DNA of 39,005 nucleotides from Candidatus Woesearchaeota archaeon (GTDB lineage Archaea > Nanobdellota > Nanobdellia > Woesearchaeales > UBA525): assembly GCA_018221245.1 (NCBI GenBank), contig JAAOYH010000027.1, positions 1-39,005 of the forward strand, written 5' to 3'. Position numbers and translations under genes: made by a program. The notes beneath the pieces were generated by a model. It had not been told where the DNA came from. It did no database searches and was given only the letters and a program-made list of their open reading frames with translations. Position 1 is the first letter of the stretch. Each line of letters starts with the position of its first letter. This document shows, one piece after another, positions 18,070 through 26,300 of this stretch.

Positions 18070-18306
18070 ATGGGAGAAATGGTTCATTTGAGGCTCGATT
18101 CGAAGATGCGCAAGGCAATAAAATCTATTGTGAAAGACAGACTCTATTCTACAGAGACTGAGTTCATAAGAGACAGTATCCGCAAGAACCTAGAGTTAAA
18201 CGAGAAGCTTGTTGCACTGAAAGCGCTGCAGGGAAGTGTACCGCGTAGGAAAACTCCTCCGAAGAAAATTCCTTCAGACATCTTCAGGGCGTACGGTTTT
18301 GAATAA
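18070..18306 (+). CDS. ribbon-helix-helix (CopG-like) DNA-binding protein
   Basis: N-terminal beta strand plus two helices (VHLRLDSKMRKAIKSIVKDRLYSTETEFIRDSIRKNL). Confidence 0.6.
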   Translation: MGEMVHLRLDSKMRKAIKSIVKDRLYSTETEFIRDSIRKNLELNEKLVALKALQGSVPRRKTPPKKIPSDIFRAYGFE

Positions 18307-18666
18307 ACCCTCAAAATCTTTAACGTTCCTAGTAACAATCATGGAAGCGCCAGCTCGAGATGCTAACACTATGTGGAGTGCATCTGCAAAATGAGTGGGG
18401 ATTGTTTTTGCTAATTCTCTGTCTTTGGGCGTTGCATGAATTTTGATAGTTTTCCTATCCATCATCTTAAAGAAAGATTCAGCGAGTTGCTCCTCAAGAT
18501 AATTCAATAACTCAATCAGAGTATGATCTGATATGATGATGTAATAATCACAACGCAACGCTTTTGCGAAAAACATGAATGCGGCGGTAGACAGGTTTTC
18601 ACCCACAACATTCTTTCTTTGCTCTAGATAATCCAAGATAACATTTGTGTCAACATACACCTTCAT
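18274..18666 (-). CDS. PIN domain nuclease (VapC-like)
   Basis: MKVYVDTNVILDYL (Asp), LIEL (Glu), FADALH (Asp) and IVTRNVKDF are typical of the PIN fold. Confidence 0.75.
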   Translation of the reverse strand: MKVYVDTNVILDYLEQRKNVVGENLSTAAFMFFAKALRCDYYIIISDHTLIELLNYLEEQLAESFFKMMDRKTIKIHATPKDRELAKTIPTHFADALHIVLASRAGASMIVTRNVKDFEGLFKTVRPEDV

Positions 18667-18718
18667 AAAACCAGTATTTGTCGACCATTATTAAGCGCTG
18701 TGCGAGCATGTCCAGTGC

Positions 18719-19168
18719 TTATAAGTCATACCACTGCTGGCCACCGCATTTTTTCTCTACTTCAAAACGTTCTAGCTGCCTGTTGAAGTCAGAGCTTGCC
18801 ACCTTGTAATGCTCCCTATTAACATTTACAGGCAGAAAGTCTGCCATTAGACCATTTTCAATTGTTGAGAGCCTATCTAAGATGCCGTCACCATCAAGAT
18901 CCGTATAGTATATTCCTCTATCCCCAACATATCTGTGTCTGATTATCTTCCTTGAACCATCAGAAAAACATTGCAGTTCAGTATATGCCAGAATGTCATC
19001 CATCTTCGCGTATGAGTGCATCTTTTCATACGCCTGTTCCTTATTATTGACTTGGAAATAAGTAATTCCCAACAACGATAAATGAAGGAAGATCGCCATT
19101 CCCCCGAGGTTCATGAGAAACGCAGATACTTTACCGTGACTCTTTGGTTCTATCGGACTATTCATCAT
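18719..19168 (-). CDS. hypothetical membrane-anchored protein with a DxDxDG-like motif
   Basis: Hydrophobic segment FLMNLGGMAIFLHLSLLGITYF and a calcium-binding-like DLDGDGILD. Confidence 0.45.
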   Translation of the reverse strand: MMNSPIEPKSHGKVSAFLMNLGGMAIFLHLSLLGITYFQVNNKEQAYEKMHSYAKMDDILAYTELQCFSDGSRKIIRHRYVGDRGIYYTDLDGDGILDRLSTIENGLMADFLPVNVNREHYKVASSDFNRQLERFEVEKKCGGQQWYDL

Positions 19169-19442
19169 CCACCGTGAACAATCTTGAGTCCTTCACAAGG
19201 AAGAGCTCGTTCCTGGCGCCACAATCTAGCCAGCCGTGCGCGTAGTTCAGGGCCGCGAAAGCGTTCACGTAATCATCTTTGCTCTTGAAATGTTTAGCAT
19301 CGGAGACATAGCGTTCTACCATATCAAGGGCATCCTCCGCTCGATCCTTGAACGCAGGATTGACGTTCTTTTTGGCTTTCGCGAGAGCCTCCTCTGTTAT
19401 CGAGAAATATTTGGTGAGCTTTTCATCAGTTATCTCATTCAT
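19158..19442 (-). CDS. DUF357-like small archaeal protein
   Basis: 94 aa. ITEEALAKAK...AEDALDMVERYVSDAKHF...DYVNAFAALNYAHGWLDCG matches my recollection of the DUF357 family pattern. Confidence 0.6.
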   Translation of the reverse strand: MNEITDEKLTKYFSITEEALAKAKKNVNPAFKDRAEDALDMVERYVSDAKHFKSKDDYVNAFAALNYAHGWLDCGARNELFLVKDSRLFTVDDE

Positions 19443-19472
19443 GCTTGATAGAATAGTGCGGACAATATAATG

Positions 19473-20249
19473 TTATTGGGTGAGCCTGCGACAGCTCTCA
19501 TGAACTTTTTCTGCTTTTTCAGTTCTCATCACTTGCCAGAGAGCTTCAGGCGCGAGCGTATAGAGATCCTTGACGCCTTCCTTGCCTGAAGATAAGTAAT
19601 GGTCTCCTATGATTCTTTCTCCTTCGGTATACCATAACTTACGGGCCTCGTTGTATGCCCAGTAGAACGCGTTCTGTTTTGTTAGCGGTATCTCCGGATG
19701 CTCCCAGCACCCATAGTGTCCAGGGTAGCTCTTGTTAATCTGAGCCTCCACAACCCTTGCCTGCCCTTCCAGGAGAGTCATTAACCCACGGTACAACTTA
19801 TCAGCCTCAGTAAATGGTGCGCCAGAGAATTCTGTGAAGAACTTGGCTTTTCTCCCTAGTGTCCAACAAGTCTCTGTGAGATGCTCGTTGTTCTGGTGCT
19901 GTGCCATATGAGTGAGTTCGTGACCAACTAGCTGTATTAGGCCGTTCTCGTCCTCAGGATTCGCGATGGCATCGCCCATGAACGCCAGTGTATTGCTCGT
20001 AGGAGCACATAGGGCGAGCATTGCATAAGACGTTATCTTTCTCTCCAGAGTATCTTTCGTCAGGCCCTCAAGACTCTTTACTGCAACATCGATTCCTTCT
20101 GCCTTGAGACACTCAAGATAAAAGTCGTACGATTCATGCTCCGGAACAATTGTGACTGTGAAATCATTTTTTATTTTCCAGTTCGTCGCTTCCTCAACTA
20201 AAGGAATCGTCTTTTTGACGAGCCTATCCATGTAGCGCTGCGAGAGCAT
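19473..20249 (-). CDS. zincin-like metallopeptidase (HExxH)
   Basis: HELTHM motif, with a downstream LLEGQA glutamate as a possible third ligand (gluzincin-like). Confidence 0.55.
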   Translation of the reverse strand: MLSQRYMDRLVKKTIPLVEEATNWKIKNDFTVTIVPEHESYDFYLECLKAEGIDVAVKSLEGLTKDTLERKITSYAMLALCAPTSNTLAFMGDAIANPEDENGLIQLVGHELTHMAQHQNNEHLTETCWTLGRKAKFFTEFSGAPFTEADKLYRGLMTLLEGQARVVEAQINKSYPGHYGCWEHPEIPLTKQNAFYWAYNEARKLWYTEGERIIGDHYLSSGKEGVKDLYTLAPEALWQVMRTEKAEKVHESCRRLTQ

Positions 20250-20282
20250 GTTTTTGGAAATCAGCTCCAGGATAAAAAATAG

Positions 20283-20295
20283 TGGGCCCGGACAG
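20283..20295 (+). repeat. 13-bp direct repeat copy 1 (TGGGCCCGGACAG)
   Basis: Identical 13-mer also at 20928-20940. The two copies bracket the Bro-like pseudogene and its promoter. Confidence 0.4.
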
Positions 20296-20310
20296 ATCTT
20301 GCAGAAATAC

Positions 20311-20853
20311 CTATTGACTCTCTAATTCCTTTCTTTTTCTTTCAGATAGCTCTTTGTAGTTATCCTTTGTCGATACTGGCTTGCCTATTCTTTTTTCAGC
20401 ATCTTTTCGGGCGTTACCTGCTACTTCGCCACCCTGCTTTGCTGCGTCTTCACATTCATCATAGCCTTGAGCATCCTTACCGCGAGTAATTTCTGTTGAG
20501 ACTCTTTCTCCTAGCATAGAGAATATGAGTTCAAGATCGTTCATGTGATCTCTCAGATTTTCTCTTTTTAATCCTTTGAGCTTCTTGTATTCGTTTGGTG
20601 TCATGTCAAATGTTTCCCTTAATTTCCCATCTTCTGCCCTTAGTTTCAACCGGTGACAGTTTGTCACCACTTCACTTCCTTCTTCTCTTAATCTCTGGCT
20701 TAGCTTGTTCCAATACTTTCTGGCTTTTCTAGAGTCTCCATAGTCTGCCAATACCCTGACTATATCTACCACTGAGAAATACCATTCCTTATTATACTAG
20801 ATTCTTCTAATCTTCTTGTCCTGAAAGACTACAAGTTTGCTGTTTTCATCCAT
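20311..20853 (-). pseudogene. decayed Bro-N / antirepressor-like gene (in-frame TAG plus apparent internal deletion)
   Basis: Reading the minus strand from ATG 20853 gives MDENSKLVVFQDKKIRRI*YNKEWYFSVVDIVRVLADYGDSRKARKYWNKL.... The TAG at 20797-20799 sits where related proteins (as I recall them) have Trp. The ORF-track product starts at the GTG downstream of that stop. The central part of the family appears to be missing around 20600-20615. Confidence 0.55.
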
Positions 20854-20927
20854 CTATGAATTGGGGCGTGTCGTTCTTTATATGTTTTAGGCGCACTTGT
20901 CCAGTGAATACCACATATTAGAGTCGA

Positions 20928-20940
20928 TGGGCCCGGACAG
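20928..20940 (+). repeat. 13-bp direct repeat copy 2 (TGGGCCCGGACAG)
   Basis: Identical to 20283-20295. Confidence 0.4.
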
Positions 20941-21021
20941 CTTCCGCTTTTTTGCACAGAGCACATTTGAATCGTGATCTTTTTCAATAGTGCAGAGTCA
21001 TTAACATAACATATAAGTAAC

Positions 21022-21035
21022 AATATTTAAATATT
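21022..21035. promoter_or_regulatory. perfect 14-bp palindrome containing the TATA box of the wHTH-NTase operon
   Basis: AATATTTAAATATT is its own reverse complement and lies about 25 nt upstream of the GTG start at 21055. Confidence 0.45.
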
Positions 21036-21054
21036 AGTTCATATAGATAACATA

Positions 21055-21525
21055 GTGAATCACACAGACATAATAGGAAGGCAGACAGTGGAAACAATAT
21101 CCAAAACAAAAGGCATCACCAAACAGAGCGCCATAAACCTCATATCCAGGCTCAAAAAAAAGAGGCTCGTCAGCGTCAGCGGAGGAGGACGCATGAAACG
21201 CATCTACACCATACACGCGTTACCAACAGAAGACCCGAACGGATTCTACACTGTCGTGAACAAGTACGCGAAGAAAAAACTCATCCCCAAATACATGCAC
21301 TACGTGCACGGTAAATACAGCATAGAGGACGCAATCATAGACGGGCTAAACATCAGCGATGCAAGAACCAAAGAGGCAACAATGCACCTATTCAGACACG
21401 TCACGAACTGGAAGATGCTCTTCAAGAAAGCAAAACGCAACAACAAAGAGAAAGATCTCATCAAACTCTACAAGGCCGCGAGGACAAAGATGAGAGTAAG
21501 AAAGATGCCTGCAAGATATACATGA
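21055..21525 (+). CDS. winged-helix DNA-binding protein (AbiEi-like candidate antitoxin/regulator)
   Basis: N-terminal wHTH pattern TVETISKTKGITKQSAINLISRLKKKRLVSV...RIYTI. GTG start. Overlaps the next gene by ATGA. Confidence 0.55.
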   Translation: MNHTDIIGRQTVETISKTKGITKQSAINLISRLKKKRLVSVSGGGRMKRIYTIHALPTEDPNGFYTVVNKYAKKKLIPKYMHYVHGKYSIEDAIIDGLNISDARTKEATMHLFRHVTNWKMLFKKAKRNNKEKDLIKLYKAARTKMRVRKMPARYT

Positions 21526-22148
21526 TAGATACAAAGGACCAAGAAGATCTTTTCAAGCTGATAAGCAGATACCTGAAAAAAGATGTGACCTGCTACGCGA
21601 TAGGCGGCACCGCAATGATGTTCTACGGATACAAGACAACTACAAAAGACATAGACTTAGTATTTCCTAACAAGAAATATAGAGATGAATTCATACGCGC
21701 CATCCGCGAGCTCGGATACAAAGAGCAGTCACTCAAGACCATATACGATGAGCGACGAAGGGCCAGGAGAGACAGGCCACTAATATACACTCGTGGAGAT
21801 GAAAGATTCGACCTCTTCATAGGTTGTGTTTTCGGCTTCGTGCTACCTGAAGACATGGAGATAGTCCAACGTCACGACTTTCCAGAGCACTTGACTCTAC
21901 AGATACTGCCTGTTGAATACTTAGTGCTACTCAAGGCAATCACAAGAAGAGCGACTGATCACGAGGACATCCTGACAATACTTAAGGTAGAGAAGACTCT
22001 CGACTGGGACAGTATAATCGATTATGCCATCTCACAGAAGAAGCAAAACCCTTGGATACTCGTCGATCTGGAAGAGACGCTCCAAAAGCTCAAAAAAGTC
22101 ACGTTCATCAAAGACAAACACTTCAAGAAGATATACTCCGAACAATAA
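21522..22148 (+). CDS. minimal nucleotidyltransferase (AbiEii/DUF1814- or DUF6036-like)
   Basis: CYAIGGTAMMFYGYKTTTKDIDLVF fits the G-G-[ST]...D-x-D pol-beta NTase signature. 208 aa. The stop is 1 nt from the tRNA-Val 3' end. Confidence 0.6.
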   Translation: MIDTKDQEDLFKLISRYLKKDVTCYAIGGTAMMFYGYKTTTKDIDLVFPNKKYRDEFIRAIRELGYKEQSLKTIYDERRRARRDRPLIYTRGDERFDLFIGCVFGFVLPEDMEIVQRHDFPEHLTLQILPVEYLVLLKAITRRATDHEDILTILKVEKTLDWDSIIDYAISQKKQNPWILVDLEETLQKLKKVTFIKDKHFKKIYSEQ

Positions 22149-22149
22149 A

Positions 22150-22222
22150 TGGGCCTGACCGGACTCGAACCGGCGACCTTCGCCATGTGAAGGCGATGTT
22201 ATAGCCGCTAAACTACAGGCCC
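22150..22222 (-). tRNA. tRNA-Val (anticodon CAC)
   Basis: The minus strand reads GGGCCTGTAGTTTAGCGGCTATAACATCGCCTTCACATGGCGAAGGTCGCCGGTTCGAGTCCGGTCAGGCCCA. Acceptor GGGCCTG/CAGGCCC. Anticodon stem TCGCC/GGCGA with loop TTCACAT. T arm GCCGG-TTCGAGT-CCGGT. Discriminator A. No encoded CCA and no intron. Confidence 0.85.
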
Positions 22223-22244
22223 TTGTTTTTGAGGAGCTATTGGA

Positions 22245-22255
22245 CGTTTTTAAAG
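22245..22255 (-). promoter_or_regulatory. TATA element upstream of tRNA-Val
   Basis: Minus strand CTTTAAAAACG is centred about 28 nt upstream of the tRNA 5' end. Confidence 0.5.
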
Positions 22256-22334
22256 ATATCTGGTGTCCTTGTTGATACTTAATAGTAGTGACAACAGTAA
22301 GCTATATAAATGACTGCAGGATACTCCCCCGCAT

Positions 22335-23348
22335 ATGGCAATCACTAGAAACATCAAGAAAAGTCTCAACAAAACTCTTGCAGGCATAGCTCTCTCAGCA
22401 GCTATCATCATACCTAATGTAAACTGCGGTGGTGGAGGCGGAGGCGGCAGCCCAACAGGACCTACTGACGCAGTAATATCTGTTTCAGGAAATCTTGCCA
22501 GCAGAGGAGAGACCACACCATCATTCAACGGATGCAACGTAGAAATAGCCGGACAAACAAACATTACAGATGGTACAGGCGCATTCATGGTAACTGGAGT
22601 CAACCCAAGCAACATCAGCGGCGAAATCACTTGCCCAGACTATGTCAGAAAAGATATCCAATTTGATTTCTCAAATATTACTAGAACTAGTAATACAGAA
22701 ATGACCACGCCAATCAGTCTCTATCCCCGAGAAGAGTTGCCAAACCTTAGCTTCTTTAATGATGTGTATCGAGTAGCTGGTAACTTTGGAGGCACTGTTC
22801 CAAACGGTACCGGCAGATGGATTTTCAGTCCAACCGAAAGAAAAATGGATATGAAATCTCTTGGAAAACTTGCTTCAGCAGGCCCTTGGTTGTACAACAA
22901 CATCAATGCCACCTTCGGAAACTTTCCGAATGTCACCAATGGACAGGTAGGTGGAAGAGTGCCCGACAAAGTAAATCTCGGAACCACACCCAAAGACTGT
23001 AGAGATATTCCCAGCGGTTCAATTTATGTTGTCGGCGACAAAAACCTTAATACAGCCGGCGGCTTGTTAGGTGTTTGTTTCGACAACAAGACTAACGAAA
23101 TAGATCGTGTCCTTGTTATTTTTGGAAATGGTGTAAATGTTGGTGTTATTAGACAAGAACTCTATGGAGTAGTAGGCGCATTATCTGACGTAGAATCATC
23201 AGTTAACAGTCTCTTCACCGAGCCCAGAACATCAAACGATCTCACCAGCTTAGACAAGGAACATCTGAAATACCTGTACAGAACAGAGCCAGGAAGCACA
23301 ACTCCCGACAACGAGTCAAGCACTTATAATGTCAACGTAGTGAACTGA
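22335..23348 (+). CDS. exported protein / putative lipoprotein with a poly-Gly linker
   Basis: Signal-like N-terminus ending ...IIIPNVNC followed by GGGGGGGS (Cys codon at 22425-22427). A carboxypeptidase-regulatory-like segment (ISVSGNL...NITDGTGAFMVTGV). Many N-x-S/T sequons. TATA GCTATATAAATG lies about 25 nt upstream. Confidence 0.6.
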   Translation: MAITRNIKKSLNKTLAGIALSAAIIIPNVNCGGGGGGGSPTGPTDAVISVSGNLASRGETTPSFNGCNVEIAGQTNITDGTGAFMVTGVNPSNISGEITCPDYVRKDIQFDFSNITRTSNTEMTTPISLYPREELPNLSFFNDVYRVAGNFGGTVPNGTGRWIFSPTERKMDMKSLGKLASAGPWLYNNINATFGNFPNVTNGQVGGRVPDKVNLGTTPKDCRDIPSGSIYVVGDKNLNTAGGLLGVCFDNKTNEIDRVLVIFGNGVNVGVIRQELYGVVGALSDVESSVNSLFTEPRTSNDLTSLDKEHLKYLYRTEPGSTTPDNESSTYNVNVVN

Positions 23349-23392
23349 CCCTATACGATAGGTTTATAAGTGTCTGACTCCGTCATGGAAAC

Positions 23393-26300
23393 ATGAGGTT
23401 GTGGCACATTGGGTTACTGGTCTTTTTTGTACTATTTGTTGTTTCACTCTTGCCCCAAGACGTGACTGCCCTCCGTTACTGTAAAGTAAATTCGTGTCCT
23501 ATAGAAGATCATGCCTGTTATGATAGTAAACCTGCCGAATGCAACGATGCATATCCTGACGGTTGTTTAGCAAACGATGGCACCAACCCCGCGGGGTGGG
23601 AAGGGAGATGTGAATGTCCTGGCAACAACCCCAACGCATGTCTTAACGAGGCTTTTGACCTAGACATATACTGTACTTGTTATTGCGCATATACCATCTG
23701 CCCAGACGGATCCTGTGGCAGAGGATATGGAGATTTTTGCAGCAACGATAATGACTGCTGCGGGGCGTTAGCATGTGTGGCTGGAAAATGTGGCGAAACA
23801 AGCCCCAGCGGTTGCATAGTTAACACAGAAATACCTGGAAATGCGTGTGGAATATGTGGTAATGAAATACTTAAGTGCGACCTTTTCGGAGAGTGGCAAT
23901 ATGACAAGTGCGACGACCCCTGTGACGACGGAGGCGGAGACCCATCAGTATGTCCTACTGTAGGCGATTCTTGTAATTTCGGTACTGGCGTAACGAGAGA
24001 TAATGATGGTGAATGCTACTGCGATTGCAACGGAGGTTTGACCCAACGCTCATACAAAACCGATAAAAATTGGTATGTCGAAGATCCTCCAGATATGTGT
24101 TTGAGAGATCCAGCAGACATATGCTGTAGTTTCGACCAGTGCGCATATGGAGATGGTTGTTACGTCCCAGGACAAACTCATGCTAGAGACCTCAACCCCG
24201 ACAGATTTTTGTGTTCAGATGTCCGCCCCGACGGCACAGGTACTACTTGCGGTGCTAATGACGTGCCTCAAATGTTCAAATGTACCAACGCACATGTTGG
24301 AGACGAAATCACGATAACAAGCAACACAGGCGCTGACGCAATATACAACGACGTGTACTGTTGCGATAAAGATGCTAGCGGAACTCTATTTTGGAACCAA
24401 GGTGGTTGTGGCGTACCAACATGTGACCTGGACACAGATTGCGAGCCACCAGGAGAACACTGTGGCAACTGTGCTGACTGTGCATGTCCAACTTCAGCAG
24501 ACCCCGCAACGAATACCGAATGTTGTGGAAGTGCTTGCTTTGACACTCAAACCGATAAAGACCATTGCGGAAGCTGCGATAATCCTTGTGCTGATGATGA
24601 AGTGTGTCAGGGAGGATTTTGTGTATCCCCCCCAACCTGCCCTGACGGCGTCCCCGACCCAGGAGAGAACTGCTTCAACTGTCCGGCAGATGTGGGTTGT
24701 GGTGGGACTTGTTGCAACGATGGGACTTGCGTTGATATAACTTCAGACCCTAACAATTGCGGCGTATGTTATCTTACCTGCGAGTCAAACGAAGTCTGTT
24801 CCGGTAGTGACTGTGTTTGCGCACCTGGATTCACCAATAAAAGATACAAAGCAGGGTTCAACTACCAAGTATGGAACAACGAAGATATCCAAAGAAGACA
24901 GTTCGCGGGCACGTATGACTTATGCTGTGACGCAGGCAATCAATGTGTGGGCGGCGACGGAGCATGTTATTCTGTATCCACATTCATGAATTCTGAAAGA
25001 ACAAGTGTTTGCGAAGATAAAACTCATGTTTACCCATTATACCCTGATTTAGGACCTACGGAAGCTTATTGTGGTCCTTACCCTTCCATCAACACGCTTG
25101 GATTCAAAGTTAACGAAGGAAAGAGGCTGAAGTTTATAGACTTGGGCAACGAAGAGTACTGCTGCAGCATGTATTCTAGCGGCCCTCGTATAAACCAGTA
25201 TGGCTTTGGAGATGGGGGCCTAGCCAATAAATCTGAGACCAATGGCCCCAGAGACCAATCTCCAAACGATCACTGCTGGGATGGATCCAATAATGACTGC
25301 AGTATTGAGGCTCCTGGAGATTACGATCAAACCACAGACTATGACGGATACACTATGGGAAGAGTAATCTCAAACAAGGCAAAAATGGGAGATCCTAATT
25401 GTGAAGTGAACCTAGACAGCATAAGTGCTCCTGACACAGTAACAGGAGATGCTGCTTGTATAAGCCCAATAAGTGTAACTTGCAGAGCAGGAGTAGAAAA
25501 CGTCACTAGCGTAAAAGCAAGGATTGGAGCTGTAGCTTGCATCGCAGACAGCGCGTTCACAGTGGTTGAAGATCCTATGAACCAACTAGAAGGATGGGAT
25601 GGCAAAGACAGACACTTCTTATGTACTGTCCCGTCAGGTCCAGGTCCCGTGACTGCTGAGTGCTACGTCGATAGCGAGTTCTCAGCCTCTGCTGTTGGCC
25701 GTGACTCAAGAACTAAAAGCATCAACATATTGTGTGATGCTGATATAAGCGGAACAGTAAGAGATACCAAAACAGGAGATATCATTGTAGACGCAACCGT
25801 AAACGCTAGTAGAGGTGGCGTAGTGGAAGCTTCGGTAACAACAGATGCATCCGGAGAGTACACCCTGAGCATCATGCTTGGAGAGAAATACAACTACACA
25901 GCCTATGCGGAATATTATTACGATACAGACCAGAAAAACGACATTGTGTTGCAAGACAGCATAGCTAATTTCGACTTCTGGCTATCACCTGAAGAATGCC
26001 AAAAAGAGTGCACCCTCTTCGGCATCTGCAACCTGAATGAGTGCCTTGGAACGAACGAATGCGCACTCTCAGGCAAACCTGGCCCTAACGATGACGCGTT
26101 CGACAAGTATTCTAACGAAGTTTGTGTTGGCCCTCCATTCGGAACATACTGCGGTGACTCAGAAGGATTCGAGAAAGAAGTCATAAGGATATGCGAGCAG
26201 ACAGATGCAGGCAAGAGCTTCGACTTCGCGGATGGCCTCAGGATAAGATGCTGCGGTTCTAAGTTCGGAGACATCTTCCTACCATCAGAAGAGACAACAC

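Noticed and set aside
20797-20799. In-frame TAG as a recoded (pyrrolysine or readthrough) codon
   Set aside because: TAG is used as an ordinary stop by several confident genes in this window (for example at 5909-5911 and 26411-26413). The gene also carries an apparent internal deletion, so decay is the simpler explanation.
20829-21216. Two about 60-aa minus-strand ORFs between the Bro-like gene and the wHTH gene
   Set aside because: One overlaps the true 5' part of the Bro-like pseudogene in another frame. The other is antisense to the wHTH gene start. Neither has motifs or promoter support.
20283-22222. Possibility that the whole 20.3-22.2 kb stretch is an intact integrated element at tRNA-Val
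   Set aside because: No integrase or recombinase, and no repeat of the tRNA-Val 3' end, was found. The 13-bp repeat does not match tRNA-Val (TGGGCCTGACCGGAC versus TGGGCCCGGACAG). At most this is a degraded remnant.
22250-22630. 126-aa minus-strand ORF containing a PPPPPPP run
   Set aside because: It is antisense to the lipoprotein gene. The poly-Pro is simply the complement of the poly-Gly codons, and the ORF also runs across the lipoprotein gene's promoter.
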